Shown: positions 10,791-19,565, numbered from the stretch's first letter. The stretch: DNA of 64,000 nt from Chloroflexota bacterium (GCA_016190755.1 JACPPY010000053.1:10531-74530), one strand, 5' to 3'. The notes: generated from the sequence alone by a model not told the origin. Numbers and translations: made by a program.

Positions 10791-13199
10791 TTGTCCAGCA
10801 TAGAGACGCTGCGCCGCATAATCGAACTCGAACGTACCAGGAACTATGATGACAAAGCTGTCATGGGCGGTCTCGGGTCGTTCTTGCGGCGTTGGACGGC
10901 GGAGCTTACTGTAGAAGACAAGGCAACGCTGTCCAGGTTCCAGCAGTTGGCCACTGAGGGGGCGGCATATTCGACCTGGCCCAAGACACGCCGGAAAGAT
11001 TGGTCGGGAGAGCTAGCAGCCTGCCTGGGTATGGCGTGGGCGACGCCCAAGGCACAGGCAGCAAGGCCGGCCAGACGCAATTCATCCACCGCACCTCCAC
11101 CCACACTAGACTCAGCTATATCCACGGTCAAAAGCCTTAATGCCTCGATGGCAGAGAAACTGGGGAAGCTGGGAGTGCAGACGATGCGCGACCTCCTGTA
11201 CCTGTTTCCACGCCGCCACATCGACTACAGCCAGCGCAAGCGTATCTCGGAGCTGGTTGAAGGCCAGGACCAGACCATCATCGCCAATGTGTGGCAGGCG
11301 GATGCCAGGCCTCTCGGCCGCATGCGTGGCACGGAGGCCGTGGTGGGTGACGAAACGGGCAACATCAGGGTCGTGTGGTTCAACCAACCGTACCTGGCCC
11401 AGAGGTTGACGGCGAACTCCAGGGTAGTTATCAGCGGCAAGGTTTCTGTGTTCCGTGGCGAGCGTCTGTTTGAGTCTCCCGAATGGGAAATACTGGAAGA
11501 AAAGGACCTGGTGCATACCGGGCGTCTGGTGCCGGTATACCCGTTGACACGAGGCCTGTACCCCCGGCAGATGCGGGGATTCATGAAGCGCATACTGGAT
11601 ACCTGGGCATGGCAGGCCGGCGAATTCTTACCCGGAGATACCAGGCAGCGATGTGGCCTGCTGCAACTGCCGGAGGCCCTGCATCAGGCCCACTTCCCTG
11701 ACTCCTCCGAACTGAAAGGTCGCGCCAGAGAGAGGCTGGCGTTCGATGAACTGCTATTGCTGCAGCTGGGCGTTCAGGGCAGACGGCGAGAGTGGCAGGA
11801 AGACCAGCAAGGACACCCGCTTGGCGCCGGTTCGGGCGCCCTGGACAGGTTCATGGGCCTGCTGCCGTTCATCTTGACCGCGGAGCAGAGAAAGGCACTG
11901 GAAGAAATACTGGCGGACATCGGCCAATCCAGGCCCATGTGCCGGCTTTTGCAGGGTGATGTGGGCAGCGGCAAGACAGTGGTGGCCACCTCCGCTCTCG
12001 TCGTAGCCGCGGACAACGGCTGCCAGGGGGCCTTAATGGCGCCCACACAGATACTGGCGGAGCAGCATTTCCGGACATTGGCCCGCCTTTTGCCGCCTGA
12101 GGACGGAGGCCCGGAAGACAGGATATTCCGCCATTCGGGGTTGATGTCGCGGCCTATAACCATTGCTCTGCTTACCGGAAATACACGCGAGAAGCAGAAA
12201 GACGAGCTATGCCAGCGAATAAGCGCCGGCAAGGTGGATGTAGTCATCGGCACACATGCCCTGATACAGGAAAGCGTCGAGTTCAACAGGCTGGCAATGG
12301 TCGTCGTAGATGAGCAGCACCGCTTCGGTGTTATGCAGCGGTCCGCATTGAGACAAAAGGGGTTCAACCCCCACATGCTGGTAATGACGGCCACCCCTAT
12401 ACCGCGTACCCTCGCGTTGACCCTTTACGGCGATCTGGATGTCTCGACCATCAACCAGCTACCACCTGGAAGGCAAAAGGTGAAGACCAAGTGGCTTGAC
12501 CCGGAAAAACGCTCCAGTGCCTATGAGTTCGTGCGCAAGCAGGTGCGTGAAGGCCACCAGGCATTCGTCGTCTGCCCGCTTATCGAGGAGTCTGAGGTCA
12601 TAGAAGCCAGGGCTGCGGTGACCGAACACGAGAGGTTATCGCGAGAGGTCTTCCCGGACCTCAAGCTGGATATGCTGCACGGGCGCATGAGCGGTGCTGA
12701 GAAGGAAGACATCATGCGCCGGTTCAAGGCACACGAGTTTGACATACTGGTATCAACGCCGGTCGTCGAGGTCGGCATAGACGTGCCCAACGCAACTGTG
12801 ATGCTTGTTGAGGGCGCCGACCGTTTTGGCCTCTCACAGCTACACCAGTTCCGCGGACGCGTCGGCAGAGGCGAGGCCCAGAGCTACTGCATGCTGCTAG
12901 CCGAAAAACCCTCGGATGAGGCCAGGGAACGCCTGGCGATCATCGAGTGGACATACGATGGTTTTGCACTGGCTGAGGAGGATATGAGATTGCGCGGGCC
13001 CGGCGAGTTCTTCGGCACGCGGCAAAGTGGACTGCCAGACCTGCGCATGGCCAGATTGACGGACATGGCCATACTCGAGAAAGCCCGCGAAGAGGCGTTA
13101 CGTATCTTCCAGAAAGACCCTGAATTACAGCGCCCGGAACATCAGGCGCTGTCCAAAGAAATGGCACGCATGTGGAAACACGAGGCTGAGCGGAGCTGA
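10791..13199 (+). CDS. recG: ATP-dependent DNA helicase RecG
   Basis: 802 aa. Wedge/OB region, helicase motif I GDVGSGKT, motif II VVDEQHRFG, motif VI QLHQFRGRVGRG, and a C-terminal TRG-like segment GPGEFFGTRQSG. Confidence 0.9.
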   Translation: MSSIETLRRIIELERTRNYDDKAVMGGLGSFLRRWTAELTVEDKATLSRFQQLATEGAAYSTWPKTRRKDWSGELAACLGMAWATPKAQAARPARRNSSTAPPPTLDSAISTVKSLNASMAEKLGKLGVQTMRDLLYLFPRRHIDYSQRKRISELVEGQDQTIIANVWQADARPLGRMRGTEAVVGDETGNIRVVWFNQPYLAQRLTANSRVVISGKVSVFRGERLFESPEWEILEEKDLVHTGRLVPVYPLTRGLYPRQMRGFMKRILDTWAWQAGEFLPGDTRQRCGLLQLPEALHQAHFPDSSELKGRARERLAFDELLLLQLGVQGRRREWQEDQQGHPLGAGSGALDRFMGLLPFILTAEQRKALEEILADIGQSRPMCRLLQGDVGSGKTVVATSALVVAADNGCQGALMAPTQILAEQHFRTLARLLPPEDGGPEDRIFRHSGLMSRPITIALLTGNTREKQKDELCQRISAGKVDVVIGTHALIQESVEFNRLAMVVVDEQHRFGVMQRSALRQKGFNPHMLVMTATPIPRTLALTLYGDLDVSTINQLPPGRQKVKTKWLDPEKRSSAYEFVRKQVREGHQAFVVCPLIEESEVIEARAAVTEHERLSREVFPDLKLDMLHGRMSGAEKEDIMRRFKAHEFDILVSTPVVEVGIDVPNATVMLVEGADRFGLSQLHQFRGRVGRGEAQSYCMLLAEKPSDEARERLAIIEWTYDGFALAEEDMRLRGPGEFFGTRQSGLPDLRMARLTDMAILEKAREEALRIFQKDPELQRPEHQALSKEMARMWKHEAERS

Positions 13200-13254
13200 A
13201 AGACATCGTCATTCACAGACGCTTAGCGCATCATCGGGCATTTCCTTACGTAAT

Positions 13255-13275
13255 TATCCCGTGACAACAGGTATG
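13255..13275 (+). repeat. left inverted repeat of the IS1595-family element
   Basis: See the mobile_element entry. Contains the -35 of an inward TGACAA-16-TATAGT promoter (13262-13289). Confidence 0.55.
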
Positions 13276-13319
13276 TTTTATGCTATAGTGTAGGTATAAA
13301 TTGAGATTGGAGAACACAT

Positions 13320-14189
13320 ATGAAAACCTACGCTATAAAACATTTCGACCAGCAGTTTCCTAGCGATGATGCGTGCCTTGATTTCCTGTTCAAGTCCCGC
13401 TATCCAAAGGGTGTTTTTTGTCCCAATTGCCAGAAGGTAACTAATCATTACCGCATTGCTAAGCGCAAGGTATATTGCTGCGAATTCTGCGGTCACACCA
13501 TATCCCCAACGGCGGGGACTATCTTCCACAAGTCCGATACTCCGCTCCGTTCCTGGTTCCATGCTATCTTCTTGATGGCTTCTACGAAGACTGGTATCTC
13601 GGCCAAGCAACTCCAAAGGGAATTGGGTGTCACCTATAAGACGGCTTGGAGAATGTTCAAGCAGGTTAGGAAGCTTATGGACGAGAACGTCAACCCGCTC
13701 ACCGGACAGGTTGAAGTGGATGAGACCTATATCGGCGGGAAGCATGCCGGAAAGCGTGGGCGCGGCGCATCGGGTAAGGCCGTTGTCATGGGCATGGTGG
13801 AACGCGAGGGGAACGCTGTCGCCAAGGTAGTCCCCAATGTCCAGAAACGAACCTTGCTCCCAATGATCGCGAAGCATATTGCCCCACCTAGCACGTCCAC
13901 TATCTTCACGGACGAGCTTGCCAGCTATAACACGGTTTCCACTCTTGGATACGCCCATGAAGTTGTCCAGCACGCCGCCAAGGAATACGTCGCGGGGCAG
14001 GCCCACGTCAACACCGTGGAATCCCTTTGGAGCACAATCAAGCGCGGTATTGATGGTGTCAATCACTCGGTTAGCCCTCTTTACCTTCAGTCTTACCTTG
14101 ACTCTTATGTTTACCGCTATAACCACCGGAAGGACGAGACTCCGCTTTTTGTTTCTTTGATTGAGCGGGTTTGTTCCACTCTGAAATAG
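13320..14189 (+). CDS. IS1595-family transposase (zinc ribbon + ISXO2-like DDE domain)
   Basis: 289 aa. N-terminal CPNCQK..CCEFCGH zinc ribbon, an HTH-like segment (ISAKQLQRELGVTYKTAWRM), then VEVDETYIGGK..TDELASY..HAKEY typical of ISXO2/IS1595 transposases. GGAG sits 8 nt upstream of the ATG. Confidence 0.85.
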   Translation: MKTYAIKHFDQQFPSDDACLDFLFKSRYPKGVFCPNCQKVTNHYRIAKRKVYCCEFCGHTISPTAGTIFHKSDTPLRSWFHAIFLMASTKTGISAKQLQRELGVTYKTAWRMFKQVRKLMDENVNPLTGQVEVDETYIGGKHAGKRGRGASGKAVVMGMVEREGNAVAKVVPNVQKRTLLPMIAKHIAPPSTSTIFTDELASYNTVSTLGYAHEVVQHAAKEYVAGQAHVNTVESLWSTIKRGIDGVNHSVSPLYLQSYLDSYVYRYNHRKDETPLFVSLIERVCSTLK

Positions 14190-14250
14190 GTTGAGCAGCC
14201 TTCTTAAGAAGAGACTCAAAGCGTTTCTTAGTCAGTGGTTTCTTTACCAT

Positions 14251-14910
14251 CTATTTGATTGAACCCTCCAATAGACAGCCGAATAGTTTGTATTCCTTGA
14301 AATCCATACTATAAATTGCCCATGCAGGAGACCACCCCTTACTATTGCGTGGTTCTAATGTGGGTTCAACTATTTCTAATTTAATAGCCGCAATATTTTG
14401 ATGGTTCTCAAATCGGTACTGGAATATCGTATCTTCGTCATGCGGTCTCACATCTATTGGAATGTCTGCTTTCATCAATTGCCACTGACTTTTTAAGTCT
14501 GTCTTAATTAAGAACTTAATCCTCTTGGGAAACCTTTGCCCTTCACTACGCACGATTACCTCCGACAAGGCCCTAGGCTTTTCAAAGTGAAAAGCGAACC
14601 AATCCCCGACCTCCATATTCTTGCCGTTGCTCCAGCGTCCTCTGTCTTTCCGCCATGCGTTGTTGGGATCACTATCTGGTTGACCATAAATATCGCTTTC
14701 AGGTGGAGTCGGGATAGCTTGCGCAAACCAGGTGGCTTTAGGTCTACCAGGCCATAATCGGTTATGCATAGCAAGCCACCCTCGCCAAATTGCGCCAATA
14801 ATTGCGATAGTTGCCCCCCCCCATAAACGATTAGTAGCTGCAAGACAGATGACGGAGGCTCTGTTAAAAGTCTCCCGAACCATTCTTTTATACTTTCTAT
14901 CATGAGGCAT
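14251..14910 (-). CDS. hypothetical membrane-anchored protein with a discoidin/galactose-binding-like C-terminal domain (IS passenger)
   Basis: This is the C-terminal 219 codons of ORF 14251..15357. One TM segment (VICLAATNRLWGGATIAIIGAIW), then GDWFAFHFEKPRALSEVIV..IAAIKLEIVEP..WAIYSMDF, a beta-sandwich-like pattern. Visibly A+T-richer than its flanks. ATG 14883 is an alternative start. Confidence 0.5.
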   Translation of the reverse strand: MPHDRKYKRMVRETFNRASVICLAATNRLWGGATIAIIGAIWRGWLAMHNRLWPGRPKATWFAQAIPTPPESDIYGQPDSDPNNAWRKDRGRWSNGKNMEVGDWFAFHFEKPRALSEVIVRSEGQRFPKRIKFLIKTDLKSQWQLMKADIPIDVRPHDEDTIFQYRFENHQNIAAIKLEIVEPTLEPRNSKGWSPAWAIYSMDFKEYKLFGCLLEGSIK

Positions 14911-14923
14911 ATTATACCACACC

Positions 14924-14944
14924 CCTACCTGTTGTAAAGGGATA
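14924..14944 (-). repeat. right inverted repeat of the IS1595-family element
   Basis: See the mobile_element entry. Contains the -35 of an inward TTTACA-16-TATAAT promoter (minus strand, 14938-14911). Confidence 0.55.
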
Positions 14945-15076
14945 GTCCGGTTTCCTTTTTGCCACGACCGAGAAATTGTGGAGGCTGCTCGACGCTGTTC
15001 CACGTACCCGCCTATGTCTGCATGAGATAATAGGTTCGGAGGCAATAATACAACTATCGCAACAGGAGAGCATTGA

Positions 15077-17590
15077 ATGGAATCAGATGCGAAACCAGAG
15101 CTAAACAAGTTTGAAATACCGCCGGACAGACTCCGGCTTACCGTGGACCCAGGCATTTTCAGGTTCAAGTGCACGGAGGACTTGGTGCCGATTCGAGAGT
15201 TCATCGGCCAGACGCGTGCCACGAAGGCCATTGAATTCGGGTTGAACATACATGACGACGGCTTCAACATATATGTGTCAGGCCTGTCAGGCACCGGCAA
15301 GACAACAATAGTTAAGCGGTACATAGACCGCTTGATCAAATCCAGGACGGACTTCAAGCCCCTAGATTGGTGCTACGTATATAACTTTCGTGAAGCCGAT
15401 GCGCCGCGCATCGCCAGCTTGCCCCAGGGAAAGGGCAAGGTCTTCCAACGGCAGATAAGCGAGCTGTTGGACCATATTAAGGAAGACCTGGGGAAGTCCT
15501 TCGCCAGCGATGAATACAAGGCACAAAGAGACAGGCTGGTAGAGGATACCCGGCGCCAGCAACAAAAAGACCTCGAGCAGTTGGGTGAAGAGGCCCGCTC
15601 ACAGGGCTTCTCGATACAGGTGACGCCAATGGGCCCGGCTCTGATCCCTGTGGTAGATGGCCGGCCCATGCAGGAAGCCGAGTGGCATGCGCTTCCCGAA
15701 GACACACGCAAGACGTTGGAAGCCAGGCAAGACGACCTCCGGAAGAAACTTCAGGCAAGCTTCGAGAAGGCGGAGAAGGTCGAGCGCGACGTACATGATA
15801 GATTGCACAAGTTAGACAAGGATATCGGCGATTTCGCAATATCTCGACTGTTCCAGCAGATGCTCATGGAGTACGGCAGCAATGAGAAGTTGAAGGAATA
15901 CCTTGCGGGTTTGAAAGGCTATACGCTGGACAACCTTGCGGCCTTCAAGGCCGCCGAAGAACCGGTTAACCCGCTCTTCGGCATGCCGATGAGCCAGGTC
16001 GCCGCAGGCAGAGACCCCTTCATGCCCTTCAAGGTCAACGTCTTCGTTGATAATAGCGAGCAGAACGGCCCTCCGGTCATAGTCGAGCAGAACCCCAATT
16101 TCGGCAACATGTTCGGAAAGATTGAGCGGAGATTCGTTTTCGGCGCCTACATTAGCGACCCGTCTATGATAAAGGCTGGGGCGGTCTCCCGGGCCAACGG
16201 TGGCTATTTACTGTTGAGCGCCCAGGACGTTCTCACAAATCCCGGTGTGTGGCCGGCGTTCAAGCGGGCGATCAAGAACAAGGAGGTGCGGGTCGAAGAT
16301 CCCTACGAACAGTTCGGTTTCATCGCACCGCAGGTCCTCAGGCCCGAACCCATGCCCATAGACGTGAAATTTGTGCTCATCGGCGATCCAATGCTTTACC
16401 AGATGCTAGCCGCCTACGACGAGGATTTCTGGGAGATATTCAGGGTCAAGGCCGACTTCGACTTCGAGGTGGACAGGAACGAAAATAATATGATGGACTA
16501 CGCGGCCTTCATCTCCGGCTGCTGCGAGAAATGTAAGGCAAGGCACTTCGACCCCAGCGGCGTAGCCAAGGTCATAGAGCACTCTTCAAGGATGGTCTCG
16601 GACCGGGAAAAGATGTCTTCCCGGTTCGGCTTTATCAAAGAATTGATCGAGGAATCCGACTACTGGGCAAGCTTGGATGGCAAGGAGCGCATCTCCGCAG
16701 AGCACGTTCAGAAAGCCATAGATGAGAGGCACTTCAGGCACAACCTCATCGAGCAGCACATCAGGGAGATGATCAAGCGCGGAACGATAATGATAGACAC
16801 GGAGGGAGCCGTCGTCGGCCAGGTGAACGGCCTCAGCGTGATGGGACTCGGAGATGTAAGCTTCGGACGTCCGTCACGAATAACCGCCAAGACGTTTCTC
16901 GGTCGTGGAGGGGTCCTGGATATCGAGAGGGAGACCGACCTCGGTGGCCGTATACATAGCAAGGGTGTCATGATACTGGGCGGCTACCTGGGATGGAAGT
17001 ATGCCCAGGATAAACCGCTATCCCTGAGCGCCAGCCTCTGTTTCGAGCAGTCATACGAAGGCGTTGAAGGCGACAGCGCTTCCTCAGCGGAATTATATTC
17101 CATCTTGTCCAGCCTGTCGGAAGTCCCGCTGAAGCAAAGTATTGCCGTGACCGGCTCGGTAAACCAGAAAGGCGAGGTGCAGCCCATAGGAGGCGCCAAT
17201 GAGAAGATCGAAGGTTTCTACCACGTATGCAAAGAAAAAGGCCTAACCGGGGAGCAAGGTGCCATGTTGCCCTACAGCAACCTGGACAATCTAATGCTGC
17301 GGGAGGAGGTTGTGGATGCCGTCCGCCAGGGACAATTCCATATCTATGCGGTCAAGACCATAGATGAAGGGATCGAAGTATTGACGGGAGTGGCTGCCGG
17401 CGAGAAGAAGCCCGACGGCACTTACCCCGAGGGAACGATAAACTGCAAGGTAAACCAGAGACTCAAGGGCATGGCGGAAACACTCAAAGAGTTCGCCGGC
17501 ACGGAAGAGTGGACCAGCGCCGGCAACGGGCATCGTACCGCGAAAGTCAGGACGACATCCCGTGTCCGCAAGGCTCGCAGGGGAACGTAG
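15077..17590 (+). CDS. Lon-like AAA+ protease (LonB/LonC-type, COG1067-like)
   Basis: 837 aa. Walker A GLSGTGKTT, a charged coiled-coil insertion of about 140 aa (roughly residues 125-265), and a C-terminal S16 domain with Ser in EGDSASSAEL and Lys in GGANEKIEGF. AGGAGAG sits 6 nt upstream of the ATG. Confidence 0.8.
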   Translation: MESDAKPELNKFEIPPDRLRLTVDPGIFRFKCTEDLVPIREFIGQTRATKAIEFGLNIHDDGFNIYVSGLSGTGKTTIVKRYIDRLIKSRTDFKPLDWCYVYNFREADAPRIASLPQGKGKVFQRQISELLDHIKEDLGKSFASDEYKAQRDRLVEDTRRQQQKDLEQLGEEARSQGFSIQVTPMGPALIPVVDGRPMQEAEWHALPEDTRKTLEARQDDLRKKLQASFEKAEKVERDVHDRLHKLDKDIGDFAISRLFQQMLMEYGSNEKLKEYLAGLKGYTLDNLAAFKAAEEPVNPLFGMPMSQVAAGRDPFMPFKVNVFVDNSEQNGPPVIVEQNPNFGNMFGKIERRFVFGAYISDPSMIKAGAVSRANGGYLLLSAQDVLTNPGVWPAFKRAIKNKEVRVEDPYEQFGFIAPQVLRPEPMPIDVKFVLIGDPMLYQMLAAYDEDFWEIFRVKADFDFEVDRNENNMMDYAAFISGCCEKCKARHFDPSGVAKVIEHSSRMVSDREKMSSRFGFIKELIEESDYWASLDGKERISAEHVQKAIDERHFRHNLIEQHIREMIKRGTIMIDTEGAVVGQVNGLSVMGLGDVSFGRPSRITAKTFLGRGGVLDIERETDLGGRIHSKGVMILGGYLGWKYAQDKPLSLSASLCFEQSYEGVEGDSASSAELYSILSSLSEVPLKQSIAVTGSVNQKGEVQPIGGANEKIEGFYHVCKEKGLTGEQGAMLPYSNLDNLMLREEVVDAVRQGQFHIYAVKTIDEGIEVLTGVAAGEKKPDGTYPEGTINCKVNQRLKGMAETLKEFAGTEEWTSAGNGHRTAKVRTTSRVRKARRGT

Positions 17591-17693
17591 ACACGGCTCA
17601 CAGGCCTAGCGCGGCTCCGGATAGAGTATGCCGGCCCCGGGCCGCTTTGGGCCTGCTGCTTCCTGTACAAGCTCAAGCCCAAGTATCAAGCAT

Positions 17694-18395
17694 ATGAACG
17701 GAGCAACCGGGGGAAGGGGAACACAGCCCTTTGCATTCGGTCGGGAGCAAGCACTGACGGTGCCGGCGGGCAAGGTCACGCTTGAAGGCAATCTGTATGT
17801 CCCCGAGGATGCAGAAGGTATCGTCGTCTTCGTCCATGGTAGTGGAAGCAGTCGCCTGAGCCCGCGCAACCGGTTCGTGGCCACCGTGCTTCAAGAAAAA
17901 GGTCTGGCCACACTGCTGTTCGACCTTCTCACCGCCGGGGAGGAGGCGGAGGACATGTTGACGGCCAGCCTCCGGTTTGATGTAAGCATGCTGGCTACAA
18001 GGCTCCTTGAGGTTTCCAGGTGGCTCAAAGGCAACAAAGCGACCGGCGCTCTTAACCTGGGGTATTTCGGCGCCAGCACGGGTGCGGGAGCAGCACTCCT
18101 GGCTGCGGCGGAGCAACCTGAGTTGGTCAAGGCCGTGGTCTCCCGCGGCGGGCGCCCGGACCTGGCCGGACCGGCGCTGTCACGTGTCCGTGCTCCTACG
18201 CTACTCATCGTGGGCGGCCTAGACCACCCTGTTATCGAGATAAACCGTGACGCGCTGGCCAGACTGACAGCCGAAAAAGAGATGGCCATCGTCCCGAGGG
18301 CAACACACTTGTTTGAAGAACCCGGCACGCTGGCCGAGGCAGCAAGATTGGCCGCAGATTGGTTCTCCAGATACATGACAGGTCCAGGCAACTGA
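17694..18395 (+). CDS. dienelactone-hydrolase-family alpha/beta hydrolase
   Basis: VVFVHGSGSSRLSPRN, nucleophile elbow GASTGAGAAL, VVSRGGRPDLA, ATHLFEEPG. ATG 17694 chosen; the ORF opens at 17628. Confidence 0.75.
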   Translation: MNGATGGRGTQPFAFGREQALTVPAGKVTLEGNLYVPEDAEGIVVFVHGSGSSRLSPRNRFVATVLQEKGLATLLFDLLTAGEEAEDMLTASLRFDVSMLATRLLEVSRWLKGNKATGALNLGYFGASTGAGAALLAAAEQPELVKAVVSRGGRPDLAGPALSRVRAPTLLIVGGLDHPVIEINRDALARLTAEKEMAIVPRATHLFEEPGTLAEAARLAADWFSRYMTGPGN

Positions 18396-18507
18396 TGTCG
18401 CACAGAAACCTAACCTTATCACCACACAGCCGCTTTCTGACCGGGGCTTGACTCACCTGAGCATACTGCATTAAACTCGTGCCTCTGCTCAGGCAGACCT
18501 TTTTGAA

Positions 18508-18531
18508 GCCTCCCCGGTTGTACGGGGAGGC
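18508..18531 (+). other. strong GC hairpin in the DLH / Cys-rich gene spacer (no U-tract)
   Basis: GCCTCCCCG-gttgta-CGGGGAGGC, a 9-bp perfect stem. No T-run follows on either strand, so it is not called a terminator. Confidence 0.4.
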
Positions 18532-18566
18532 CGACTCGATGCGAGAGGCAGGTAATACTCTGTAAC

Positions 18567-19160
18567 ATGGTGCTTGCCACAGCCGGTTCGGAGACTGTAA
18601 TCCAGAGGATAACGGAGGTTGACGAGGCCGTATTCAGCAGCAGGTATCACAGCAGTTGCCAGGCATTCTCGAAGTGCGACGACGCCTGCTGTAACTACGG
18701 ATGCCAGGTTGACCTGACAGAGCGAGACCGCATCCTCAGGTACGCCACTGCGACGCTAGAACGCCAGATAGCCAATCCGTCATCCGGTTGGTTCAAAGCA
18801 GAACTTGTGCAGGACTCCGATTTCCCTTCAGGCTGGTACACCCGAGTCTTGACCTACGGTGGCAAATGTGTCTTCCATGATCCCGCCGGCAGAGGGTGTC
18901 TTCTTGAGAACGACGCGCTTGAGCGGGGCATTGACCACCACCTGGTCAAGCCTATGGTCTGCACACTCTTTCCACTTACGTGGGAGGGCGGAAGGCTTTT
19001 CGTCAGTGGTTTTTCTCGCGAATTGCCATGCAAGGGAGAAGATACCACCCTGTTCCGGGCCTTCCGCAACGAGATACGCTTCTACTTCGGCCGCATGTTC
19101 GTCTCCGAGCTGGACCGTCTGGCTGCCACCTCGGTGGGAGCGTGGAAAATACGAAGCTGA
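18567..19160 (+). CDS. cysteine-rich hypothetical protein (DUF3109-like)
   Basis: 197 aa. CQAFSKCDDACCNYGCQVDLTERD resembles the C..L..CKGaCC..G pattern I recall for DUF3109. Further Cys at GGKCVFHD..GRGCL and KPMVCTLFP. Confidence 0.4.
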   Translation: MVLATAGSETVIQRITEVDEAVFSSRYHSSCQAFSKCDDACCNYGCQVDLTERDRILRYATATLERQIANPSSGWFKAELVQDSDFPSGWYTRVLTYGGKCVFHDPAGRGCLLENDALERGIDHHLVKPMVCTLFPLTWEGGRLFVSGFSRELPCKGEDTTLFRAFRNEIRFYFGRMFVSELDRLAATSVGAWKIRS

Positions 19161-19217
19161 GCACGAGGCTTTTCGCAGCCGTAGAAGCCAAAGCATCGGG
19201 ATACTTTTGCGGCGGGG

Positions 19218-19565
19218 CTACACCATGCTTCCCGTGGCTTCGGAAGACAACCAGTCCAGGTATTCCTTGTTTCCTCCGATTATGGGTAGTGCAACTATTT
19301 CCGGAACGCTGTAGCTATGGACCTGTTTCACAAGCTTGATGACCTCAGCCATGAGCCTTGTGCGAGTTTTTGCTATGAGGAGAGTTTCCCGCGCGGAGTC
19401 CATGCTGCCCTGCCACCAGTACAACGAGCGGACGCCGCTCACAGCGTTAACGCAGGCCGCGACGCGCTTTTCCACGAGCAGCCGTGCTATGCCGTCAGCC
19501 TCCTGGTCGGAGCTGGCGGTTATCAAGACAATGATGGCGTCAGTGGTAACATCCATGTTCATCAC
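19218..19565 (-). CDS. cutA: divalent-cation tolerance protein CutA
   Basis: 115 aa. RVAACVNAVSGVRSLYWWQG..ETLLIAKT..HSYSVPEIVALPI. Confidence 0.85.
   Translation of the reverse strand: MMNMDVTTDAIIVLITASSDQEADGIARLLVEKRVAACVNAVSGVRSLYWWQGSMDSARETLLIAKTRTRLMAEVIKLVKQVHSYSVPEIVALPIIGGNKEYLDWLSSEATGSMV

Larger units (their letters stand above)
13255..14944. mobile_element. IS1595-family element carrying a passenger gene, bounded by imperfect 21-bp terminal inverted repeats
   Basis: 13255-13275 reads TATCCCGTGACAACAGGTATG. The reverse complement of 14924-14944 reads TATCCCTTTACAACAGGTAGG. They match at 18/21 positions, including an exact 10-mer and an exact 6-mer. The repeats enclose the transposase and the A+T-richer gene 14251-14910. 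The exact tips and the target-site duplication are unresolved. Confidence 0.55.

Noticed and set aside
13278-14219. A 313-aa minus-strand ORF covering the whole transposase locus.
   Set aside because: The plus-strand frame encodes a recognisable zinc-ribbon plus ISXO2-like DDE transposase with an RBS. The antisense translation has no recognisable features.
14911-15357. N-terminal 149 codons of ORF 14251..15357, which would give a 368-aa protein.
   Set aside because: This part overlaps the first 280 nt of the well-supported Lon-like gene on the other strand, and its translation looks non-protein-like. A TATAAT and the inverted repeat lie just upstream of ATG 14910, so the shorter gene is preferred.
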